Below, piece after piece: positions 33,301 to 43,572 of a stretch of 64,000 nt of DNA. This DNA is from Zancudomyces culisetae HAW-14-8 (Eukaryota; Fungi; Kickxellomycota). Made by a program: the position numbers and the translations under genes. The notes under the pieces were generated by a model. That model had not been told where the DNA came from, did no database searches, and was given only the letters and a program-made list of their open reading frames with translations. The stretch's first letter is position 1. Each line of letters begins with the position of its first letter. The DNA is taken from NCBI GenBank assembly GCA_052426225.1, contig JBNJNM010000008.1:868001-932000 (forward strand). Direction: 5' to 3'.

Positions 33301-34836
33301 ATATTTTACTCTATTTACTAGAAAAAACCAATAATAACAATAATAACAATGATACTGATAAACTCTTTTCATTGCTTACTTGGATATCAGAATTGCCCAG
33401 TAAAACACTCTAACTTCCATGTTAATATCGACTAGATTAGTATTTACTAATGTATTGGGTCCGACTAGGGTTGTGAATGCAAATCTATCCTATACAAAGT
33501 CCAGAGTTAAACCGGCTATAGTTATGTTATATGACAAATTGCTGATAGGATGTAGGGATAAGTGAGTTAAAACCAGAATATTTTGGGGGTCAGTCAGTTC
33601 GCAAGATTGTTAGAAATTGGTAAAGAAAAATACCAATCAGGATACCCGAAAACAAGTTATGCATGTTGATGAGATTAGCGCCATCTTGGGTAGACAGTAT
33701 GTGAAAACATTAGTAAATCAAAAATCAATGGTATACACTAAAAACGGGTACATGATGTAATTCATGGTAGTTGTATAAGAGTGGAAAACAAAGATAGTAG
33801 GTTAATGGAAAAAAGATCAATTAGCATAATCTACTTGATAGCCACCTGTTTTTTCGCTTTTTTCATACAATTGGCTCCACTTGTTGTATCGGTTTTAGGT
33901 ATACTCGACCTCAAACAGCATTTTAACAAGAAAATTGCAATAAAGACATTTTCCACCATGCATACCTAGTAAAAACGAAACATCCGGCTAATATATATTT
34001 TTTCTCTTTACTTTCCCATTATTTAAATAATTTCAACTATCGGTGATATTGTGTTAGCGAGAGAAAAATGGGATGGGAGGAAATACAGTACATTTAGCCT
34101 GTTCATAGGTGCCACAAGATTCAATTTAACAAGTGATCACCATGAGTTGATATATTAAATTCAAGGTAAATCCTGTACTTTAAAATGTATTTTTTGCAAT
34201 TACTCTTTTTCTCAAGGGGATCTGCGTGATTGACAAGCGAATTTATCCAATTTGAACCAACAGCTGGAATGATGTACATATTAGCAAGCCCAAAAATATC
34301 ATTATTGGAGTGATTTACCTCTTTTATTTTTATTGTCTTGATTTGTAAACTTCCAATGGATGGTGAATAAAATGAAAAAATGAGAAATGGCTATTCAAAG
34401 TTGTGATCAAAAACCAAAAATCAAAAAAACCAAAATAATCATAAAAAAAACATACTCTGCCAATCTTCAAGATCCCGTTTATTGTAAACAAAATAGCGCT
34501 GCTATTTTACACCCTTCATTATCTGCCATTTGTTCACTATGTGTGTGTATTAGTGTTTGCATTTTATTGTACCCAATTAGCAGAGAAATAAAGCATGTAA
34601 CTCCGAGCGGGTTAATATCAAGTATTTACTTTAACCACAGGAGTTCATGAACCCTAATACCTGCTATTCAACAAATATATACAATTTTACCACATGAGTA
34701 TGAAGAGTAATCACGTCAATTTTCAAAAAAAGGCACTGAAAGGCAACTTGCCGTGTTTTTTATCTTTCTCCACCAAAGAATCCAAAATGATAAAAAAAAA
34801 AACAGTTACGGAAATATATACAAAAAGCAATAGTGG

Positions 34837-37800
34837 CTAAATACAATGCATATGATAAACTGTACTAGTCAACGGGTTGTAAGCAAATCCATCCTCATTA
34901 CTGATGTTAGCATCAATCATTGGTAGCTTACAAATAGTACATCTAGTAGACTTTTCCAAAACCACAAAGTTTTGTCTATTGAGGCTGTTTCCACACTTAC
35001 TTCCATACTCGCTCGGAGATTGCTCTGCAATGTGCGTTTTTTCCGTGTCCATGCAATGTATTAGCGATAACTGGATATCTGTAACGGCCAACTTCGAGGT
35101 TTGTGACTCAAAAGAGTTTAAAAAATAGGGCAAATAGAGAGAAGAAAGTAGAAAATCGTTTGGTAGGTGTTGTACAACAGAGGAAAGGCTAATACAGTCG
35201 CAAAAACGGTTAAGTAAGCGCGCAATGAGAGTATAGCAGGTGTCAAGGTCGGTAGGGTGGGTAGAGTAGAGTGTTATCAAGGTCAAGAGCTTTTTCTCAT
35301 TGGCTGAATCAGTTAATAACATCAAGGAGGATAAAGTGTGTTGCGGAATTAGTATTTTCAGGGTTATTGGTAAGCCCAAAGTCAATAAATTATGGTTCGA
35401 TTCTGTATTTAGTGATAGAAGGCACTCCGCCTCGCCATAGTCGCAAATATCATGAACCAATAATCGCAGTGCCTTGTCTACATCGCCGCGTTTTAAATAC
35501 AAGATTACAAGTTCCAAACCTACAACCAATGATTTTTCCGAACCTTGACCAAATCTATTGTAGATATAATCAACTACCGACTGCACGATCGAGTCCTCAT
35601 CGCCAGCACTATCTTCATGGTTTTTATTGTCAGTTTGTATTGATCTCAAAAATGATAATGACGAGTCAAGTAGCTTGTTAACAAGTTTTAAGCTATAGTA
35701 AAAGTCTTCATCTGTCCTATTTGCCTCCTGTGCCTTTAAGCTTTTGTGCAGGAAAAGTCTAAGCGGAACTAATCCATTTGTTGATTTATGTGACAAAAAT
35801 TCGTTTTCTAGCTTTATTAGCCTCGAATTTCCAACTAGCCTATTAGAATTATCGCCATCATAATCGTATTCTCGATTGTCACTAATTTGCTCAGTGGTAC
35901 TATAAAACCAAAAATATACCTCATCGATATAAACCATCAGCAGTTTTGTGTAGTGTTTGTAAATATCTGAGTTTCGGTTCTTGGTACTCGACAACCACCT
36001 TTCTAAAAAGCTCGTCAAGTAAGAATTGGTAGCACTGTTGTCATTGGTGCTAGCATTCGTGAGCGATTCGATTTTCTGCAGAATGTGATTAATGTCTAAA
36101 GAAGAGATTGTGTCGGATGAAAGTAACTCAAAAATCTGAACAGCTAGTTCTAGTGTCTTATCGGTCAGCAACTTATACAAACAATCAACCATCAAAAGCT
36201 CGTTTGATACTGACTTTAAATATTCGAGATATTCTTTATGCGTGAGTTTAAATTCCTCGTCATTGAGTTCACCAATAAGAAGCTGGTTCCATATTTTCAA
36301 GACTTCTTCAGGCTCACCGAATTCTTTATATACCCAGCTAGCCAAAAAATACATTCTGTGTGTCTTGTATAGGTACTGCGCCACAAATTCACTATTAATG
36401 TGACTAAACTCCGTAATCAACTTTTTTAATTTGTCTACTTCTTTTTGGTCAATATAAAGTATCGATAATACATTGTCCACAATTTCCAGCTTTTCAACCT
36501 CATGGCTATTTTTGATGATAGTCCTTCGACAAAATTTTAAGTATCTGCTTAGCAAGCTTATAAATCCCTGCTCATTTGTCTCATTGCTGATCGTTTCTTT
36601 CCTCACGTTAACCTTTGGAATCAAGTATGAGCCGTTCTTCATCTCTTGCAGCAATTTGTTGTACTTTCCTTCGTCCATCTCCGTAAACTCTCTAGCAACA
36701 CTCTCAATCCCTTTCTCAAGATCCATGCCATTCCTTACTTCAGCAAACAATTTAATTAACAAGATCGGATCTACTCCCCCCTTTCTAAAGTTTGTCAGCG
36801 CCTCTTCATATAATAGCTTTTTCATGCATACCAAACCTGCATATTTATAAATTTGGCGAAGATGTGTTTCAACAAATGTACCATACTCAGGTTCATCGTA
36901 CGCTTTTTTATCCAGCATGTCTTCTACCTTTTTAATCGCAATCTCTATATCCTCTTGTGCGAGAATGTCATATATTTTGGCTATTGAGGGTTTTTTCAGG
37001 ATAAGGTCTACTGACTCATTATTGTAGACTAGTGCCATGCAAGGTAACCGCGATTCTTCCTCCAAGCCAAGCATTTTGAGCAGTACATCGTCCTTTTTCG
37101 AACCAAAGCGTGTCGTACTTGTTAGAACACGTGGTGAAGTCAGCCAAACCATTTTTCTAAGTTTTTTCGTCTTTTCTGGTAATTCAATTGTTTGTTCAAG
37201 CGTGTTTTCAAATGTGAATGTGTTATGAATTTCTATTTTACCCGAAGAATAAAGCACCGCAATATATGGTTTCTCGTACATGACCGATTTCGGGGTCTCC
37301 AAAAACTGAAGGGTTGTTCGCTGGGCTTCGCCTGATGGTGTCACTATCACACCCAAACTCGGTTGACCTTGATCCTGCCCTTGCCCTCTTTCATCTTCTT
37401 TTTCACCTTCCTTTCCTTGGTTTTGTATTAGTGTAATTGTAACAAACATGAACTCTTCTGGTCCCACAACCTCTACTTTGGGTCTTGGTGGTCTTACAAT
37501 TTTACCCGTCCTTTCGTCTTTGTATGCCTCGGGTATTGGAAACATATCCAGCTCTTTGCCATTTTTTTCCAGTTCAATTATCTTGTATCCCTTAATGTCA
37601 GCCATGCATGCATAGTTGCCGCTGTGACAAATTGCCACCGCACCGTATTTCAGCCTGAGCTCCTTTTCCTTTGTTACACTTTCTTTTATTCTGTATACCT
37701 CCAGGGCTTTCCGTTTAGCTACACACATGGTGATTCCCATATCATGTTTTTTTTTTGGCCTTGTATATTTTGTTATCTGATCTATTGAAAAACAGCTTAT

Positions 37801-38541
37801 TCCGTTCATTAAATCCACCATATTTTCGTGTATTCGTGTCATACTTTCGTACTCATACCATATTATCCTGAAATCTATCAAACATATCAACTTTTTGTAC
37901 TCAGTAATCAGTTTGATTTGCTCCACCTTTTTCTTCCCACACCCCAAATCCACCCGATTAACTAGTGTAACACTACTAGGTTTCTCCACCCCATAAAACA
38001 CTTCTCCTACGTTGAATTTGAATAGCTGCCCCTCGTTGGTTCCAACAAATATAGCGTTTCCGTCGCACTCTAAACACTCTATTTTTATAGATTCTGTTCG
38101 AGTTGAGCTGCAAACGATGTTTTTACGCTTTTCTCGTCGCGCTCCCTTTCCACGTGTCTTTTCTTTTTTTCCACATTTGTCTATTACTTTCGCTTGCTCA
38201 GTATCCAGATTTGGAAGGCTTTTACTCTCGATATTGGCATTTATATTTGTTTTATTTTCAGGTTGATCCTTTTGACCATCATGTTTTTGTTCACCCGTAT
38301 GGCTAACACTCTTTGGCTGCTCAGTTATTTCCGCTTTTGCATCGGTTTTTGGCGTCTCCCCCTCTATATTCTCATTACTACTGCTAGATTGATTTATTGA
38401 GATATCTTTTAAAGATGGTTTATCTTTTGTTGTTTTCGCTTGCTCATCTGTAATGCATTTATCTGTTTTTGGTTGAAAATCCAGTTGTTCTAAGAAGGAT
38501 TGTAGAGTATATATCAAGCCATCATACTTGTCGTGATCCAT
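34837..38541 (-). CDS. Vam6/Vps39/Vps3(TGFBRAP1)-family tethering subunit (CNH domain, helical repeat, C-terminal Vps39_2/Zn motif)
   Basis: IECLECDGNAIFVGTNEGQL (CNH start), EKPYIAVL..IEIH, FRKGGVDPILLIKLF, ALRLLVHDICDYGEAE, C-terminal RCTICKLPM..VYHMHC. Confidence 0.85.
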   Translation of the reverse strand: MDHDKYDGLIYTLQSFLEQLDFQPKTDKCITDEQAKTTKDKPSLKDISINQSSSSNENIEGETPKTDAKAEITEQPKSVSHTGEQKHDGQKDQPENKTNINANIESKSLPNLDTEQAKVIDKCGKKEKTRGKGARREKRKNIVCSSTRTESIKIECLECDGNAIFVGTNEGQLFKFNVGEVFYGVEKPSSVTLVNRVDLGCGKKKVEQIKLITEYKKLICLIDFRIIWYEYESMTRIHENMVDLMNGISCFSIDQITKYTRPKKKHDMGITMCVAKRKALEVYRIKESVTKEKELRLKYGAVAICHSGNYACMADIKGYKIIELEKNGKELDMFPIPEAYKDERTGKIVRPPRPKVEVVGPEEFMFVTITLIQNQGKEGEKEDERGQGQDQGQPSLGVIVTPSGEAQRTTLQFLETPKSVMYEKPYIAVLYSSGKIEIHNTFTFENTLEQTIELPEKTKKLRKMVWLTSPRVLTSTTRFGSKKDDVLLKMLGLEEESRLPCMALVYNNESVDLILKKPSIAKIYDILAQEDIEIAIKKVEDMLDKKAYDEPEYGTFVETHLRQIYKYAGLVCMKKLLYEEALTNFRKGGVDPILLIKLFAEVRNGMDLEKGIESVAREFTEMDEGKYNKLLQEMKNGSYLIPKVNVRKETISNETNEQGFISLLSRYLKFCRRTIIKNSHEVEKLEIVDNVLSILYIDQKEVDKLKKLITEFSHINSEFVAQYLYKTHRMYFLASWVYKEFGEPEEVLKIWNQLLIGELNDEEFKLTHKEYLEYLKSVSNELLMVDCLYKLLTDKTLELAVQIFELLSSDTISSLDINHILQKIESLTNASTNDNSATNSYLTSFLERWLSSTKNRNSDIYKHYTKLLMVYIDEVYFWFYSTTEQISDNREYDYDGDNSNRLVGNSRLIKLENEFLSHKSTNGLVPLRLFLHKSLKAQEANRTDEDFYYSLKLVNKLLDSSLSFLRSIQTDNKNHEDSAGDEDSIVQSVVDYIYNRFGQGSEKSLVVGLELVILYLKRGDVDKALRLLVHDICDYGEAECLLSLNTESNHNLLTLGLPITLKILIPQHTLSSLMLLTDSANEKKLLTLITLYSTHPTDLDTCYTLIARLLNRFCDCISLSSVVQHLPNDFLLSSLYLPYFLNSFESQTSKLAVTDIQLSLIHCMDTEKTHIAEQSPSEYGSKCGNSLNRQNFVVLEKSTRCTICKLPMIDANISNEDGFAYNPLTSTVYHMHCI

Positions 38542-38899
38542 TATCGTTGTTAGTGGGAGGTTTGATATTTAATTATCAATCTACCAAGTATTGTATCTCA
38601 AACTTTTATTTTAATACCCTACTTTGGGCTAACACCATAAATGTACGTAGTACCGTCAAGACAAATAGGAGTAGAAATTACTTGAGAAATGTCCTAATTT
38701 TTCTTCACCCGCAAATCACATTCTATGTAAATTATTTGGCTTGTAATGCCTCAAACACAAAATTCTCTACCAACAAAACGAAAAAAAAAAAAACACTAAT
38801 AAATGGAAAGAGGAAGGAGTATCACTGAAAAAGGAGAGGAGAATATGCAGAGTAATATGATGAGGGTAATGTCACACATCTTGCTTTTCCTACCCTATA

Positions 38900-41800
38900 T
38901 TACTTTTGTTTAATGGAAAAGAATTTGTGCCCCAGCTCGGCCAACCAATGAGGATCCACAGCAGTAACACACATCATATATTCCTTCGAAATGTATAAGA
39001 GCTCGTGGTAAACTATATATTCAGGAGTATAGCCCATACCATAAAGGGCGGATGTGGGGTGAAGGAAGCATGGTAGACCAGTTCTTAGGTTGCTATAGTT
39101 TCCAATAGACTTTGCGAAGGCCGAGTTATGGTAGTACGCAGAGCAAATGCATTTCCGCACGACATCCCAGTTACCCGCAGAGTGAGCGAAGGTGGTTTGT
39201 TTATGAGCTGAGCCTCCGGATTCAGATGCGATCATGGTTGATGGTTTTGAATAGTATGCTTTAGAGGTAAGAAGTTCTGCTAGCTGGGTCCTAACTTCCT
39301 GGGCTTTCCGCATAGATTTGTACTGGATAAAGTGTTTATTACACCAACTTTCTCTCTTTCTATTGCTAATCCACAGGTTGTAGACGTTGAGTAACGTAAG
39401 ATGATCGCTTTCGGGCACTGAAAATTTTTCGCGCATCAAGTCACTTTGTTCAATACGTTCCTTTGGGCGATAAAATACAGTAGGAACAGAAAGCATCGAT
39501 ACAATGGTTAGCATCTCCTCTACACAGTTGTACTCTTCCAATGTGCTGTTGATTAGCAGTTTTGCCAAGCTTGGTTCTAACGGCAACTCTGCCATTTTGC
39601 GGCCAAGTTCAGTTATGTTTCCGTGGTCACCATCTAGTGCGTCGAGGATCCACAGTTGGTACATACTGTTGAGAATGCTGGCCTGGGGTGGTGGATCAAT
39701 AAAATCAAAGTGCAGCAGATCGTTTATCCCAATTGATTTTAGCATCAAAACTACATTGGACAGGTTTGTGCGTTGGATTTCAGGAATTGGGCTTTGGAAC
39801 ATCTCATTTCGGAAAGCTTGTTCAGTATACAGCCGATACGCTACACCAGGTCTTGTTCGGCCAGCTCGTCCGCTACGCTGGTTTGCATTTGCTTGTGAAA
39901 TAGGTGTGGCTTGTAAAGTATCCATTCCAATACGTTGGTTGTATACTTTAACTTTATAGTAGCCCGAATCGACCACATAGCAGATTCCTTCTATTGTTAA
40001 CGATGTTTCTGCAATGTTTGTGGCTACCACAACCTTACGAGCCGATTTTGAATCTGTCTTTTCAAAGATCCTGTTTTGAACGTCTGCAGGTAGCTGAGAA
40101 TAAATTGGAAGAACTACCAGCTCGGCTGCTCCTTCCACCTGTTCTAGTCTATCCATAATCTCCGTACAACATGCTTCAATGTCTTCTTGGCCTGTCATAA
40201 ACACCAATATATCCCCTGTAGGTTGTGAAAGATGTATTGCTATGGTTTGTTTTACTGCTGCGTCAACATAGTCTTCGCATGGAGTCTTGCTAAACAGCAC
40301 TTCTACAGGAAATGTCCTTCCCGGAATTGTATATACTGCTGCACTCGAAAAAAACATTGAAAATTTAGCGCTATTCATCGTAGCCGATGTCACAATCAGC
40401 TTCAAATCTCTTCGCCGAACAACCACTCTTCGCAACAATCCCAAAAGCACATCGGTATTAAGGGACCGTTCGTGTGCTTCGTCCATAATTATACAGCTAT
40501 ATTTGTCCAAATCAACATCAGTAAGCGTCTCCCGAAGAAGTATACCATCAGTCATATATTTAATTATCGTTTCTTTGCTCGTACAGTCTTCAAAACGTAT
40601 TACATAGCCAACCTCTTTACCCAGCTGCACTCCCATCTCCTCACTGACTCTTTTGGCTACTGACATTGCTGCCACTCGTCGTGGTTGTGTACACACAATC
40701 ATTCCGTTGTTTCCGTACCCTTCTTCATATAAAAACTGTGTCAGTTGTGTCGTTTTTCCTGACCCTGTCTCTCCCACCACTATCACTACTTGATTTTCTC
40801 GGATTAGTTCCATAAGTTCATCTTTACATCCGAATGCTGGTAATGATTCTCGTTTCTTTCTAATTACCTCGCGATCAAAAGCTTCACCATCATCCTTGTC
40901 TCTTTCTCTTTCTCTTTCTCTTTCTCTTTCTCTCTCTCTTTCTCTTTCCCTTTCTCTCCCTCTCTTTTTCTCCTTTTCTCTGGCCTTTTCCTTTATTTTC
41001 TCAGCTTCTGCATTCTCTACTTTTACCTCTTCCTCCTCAAGTTTATCTACCACTCCCATTACATTTCCAAGCGTGGTTCCTGCCATATTTGCTGCTGCCG
41101 CTGTTGCCTTTTCTCTCTCCCTCTGCGCCCTTTTTTCTGCGACTAGTCGGCTACCCTTTCTACAAAACACCGCCATATCACTTGTAGGGTCTCTGACTGT
41201 AATCATACCCGCACCACTTTGAGCCGATATCTCACTCTGCCCATGTAAAAACTTGGGTTTGGTGTCATGTACCACTACATGCACCCGTCCCTCCGACGAA
41301 TCATCATCTTCATCAATCTCATACCCACCTTTAGTCACGGCTATTCCTGATTGTAACATTCGGCTCCGTTCCCATCTATCTGTGTCCTGGTTGTACTGCA
41401 TCTGCCGAGCATTCATCTTTGGTCCCCGCTTTGCACCTGGTGTCTCCCCCCCCTTACTTTTTAGATATTCTTCACGTTGATTGTCTCTTTCTTCATATTC
41501 CGCAAACAGTGCTCTTACATCCTCTTGCCCTCCTCCTCCTCCTTCCTCATCTATATTATACCACTCCCTGTCTACTTTGACTTGCTCTTGCAATTCTCTG
41601 CGTTTCTCACCTGCTGTCATTCTTTTTCTATACTCATCATCGTCTTCATCATCATCCTCAACCCGTGTTCTACTCGTTGAGTATCCTCTCCCCCTTCTTA
41701 GCTCTACAATTCAATATTTTTACGTGTTAGCTTAGTAGATATTTCATAAATGCGTTTTCAAATATTCTTTTTAATACTTACCCGAACCGTCTCTGTTTCC

Positions 41801-42913
41801 GTGTCTATATCTACTTTTCGAATAATCTCTGCTTCTTTCTCTACTGACATACCTGTCACGAGTCCTGTCCCTAACTTCATCTCTAGTATTATCTCTACGT
41901 CTGCTCCTTGACCTGCTTTCATAGTCATCGTATTTTCCATATCTGTCAGCATATCTGTCCCTAAATCCACTCCTGTCCATATCTCTGTTTTTACTCCTAT
42001 CTCTCTCTCTGTTTTTATCACTACTCCTGTCTCTATCATCATAGTCATACATGTCTCCCCGCGCATTTGTGGCTTCATTTGTAGTGTACACTCTTTTGCT
42101 ATTTTCCTCATGTCTCCCACCTTGGTCATCCCTCTTATCTCCTCTTCTACGTACCAATCGCACCCCCTCTCCCTCGTCTTCGTTATTATCTCTTTCACCT
42201 CCTATCAGATACTCCCTTTCACGAATATTTCTTTTTCTACCTACATATTTTAGGCTTGGCTTTTTAAATTCCGGTTCAGGTGCATTTGTTTCTTTTTCTT
42301 TTTCGCGCGCTGGACCTTCAAGGTTTTTTGCCTCCTCACGCTTAGCCCTTGCTAATGCATCCAATCCCAACAATGAGCCCCTTTTCTTTTTCTTTTCTAT
42401 TTCTATTTCTCTTTTTTCCCCATCTTTCTCGGAATCATTTCTCTTTTTCATTATTATCAAACCCCCTTTAGACTCTTCATTTGAATCGTTATACCCAAAG
42501 GTATTTGTAGAGATATTTATACTTTCTTTACTCTTCTCTACTCTTTCCCCCCCATTATGCCCTGTCCTTTCACCTGTATCCCAATCGTCGCTAGATTTAG
42601 ACATCGAATCAGAAAAACTTGGTTGAATTTTTAATCTAGCCTGAGATCCTAGCTCCGATTTTATCCTGATTTCTTTTTCTAATGAGCTGGCCTTATTTGC
42701 CTTTTCGTAAATTCTTTTCAGAAATTCAGCACTGCTAAATCTACCAACCGCGTTACTTTTGAGTAAGAAATCCTGGTAATTGGAATTTTGTGCAAATTCC
42801 ACTATTTTTCGCGAAAGTACCTCCCCCCCGCTCGCCCATTTCAACTCTTTTGATATTTCTGTGGTCAATTCTTGTTTTAATTTTTGCAGCTCTGCTTCAT
42901 TTTGATTTTTCAT
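38900..42913 (-). CDS. PRP16: Pre-mRNA splicing DEAH helicase PRP16/DHX38; exons 42913-41782 and 41703-38900 (intron 41781-41704)
   Basis: SLLGLDALARAKR, DREWY, VRDPTSDMAVFCRKGS, GETGSGKTTQ, DEAH, SAT, QRSGRAGRT, MMCVTAVDPHWLAELG. The intron has a GTAAGT donor, a GCTAAC branch point and a TAG acceptor. Confidence 0.95.
40898..40965 (-). repeat. (GA)-rich coding microsatellite encoding a poly-(RE) tract in PRP16
   Basis: tctctttctc repeats on the + strand; the protein reads RERERERE. Confidence 0.9.
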
Positions 42914-43572
42914 TTTCTCTTCTTGTTGATTTTAATATTATATTTCTGTTGTATCTATAATGTTATGTTTGAATGTGGATTTGTAATTATTGAAACTGTA
43001 TTTCGTACAGTTATGGAATAAATCGCCAAATCAGTAATAGTTAATCTTTGTTGATGTCGTTCTTTATTTCGCGTTTTTCAAATCTGTTAGTAAAATATTT
43101 TACCACTATTTTACTGTCAGCGATTCAGCTATGCTTGATATTTCTGTGTCAGCTATTGGCTAGATTCCTCCTATTTTAAAGTTGGGTTTTGATAATTCAC
43201 CACCCCCTCCCTCGCATTCCCATCTGTGGCCAATTCGTTTTTTGGAAAGGTCTAAGTGGAAAAAGCTTGATTTGTAATTTTGCAGGAACAAAATAAACTA
43301 ACATACAGGCTTAATCACCAACTCGTAGTCATACATTTGGGACAGCTCCACTATTTCCACTTTAACTATGATTATTCACAATAATATCATCACTAGTGGA
43401 AACGCAGCAGAAAACAAAAACACTTCAGTGGGGATTATTGTCACCAAACTATCTTCCAACTCCTAATATTGTAACAATAATTCAATAGGTAACAATTCTG
43501 CTCTATCGGCTTGAATAAAGAAACGACTATAAATTACTTGAAACAACATAAATAAAATCAAAGTACGACAAG

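Noticed and set aside
41758-42626. Overlapping 146-aa and antisense 191-aa ORFs in PRP16 exon 1
   Set aside because: By-products of the purine-rich R/D/E low-complexity coding sequence.
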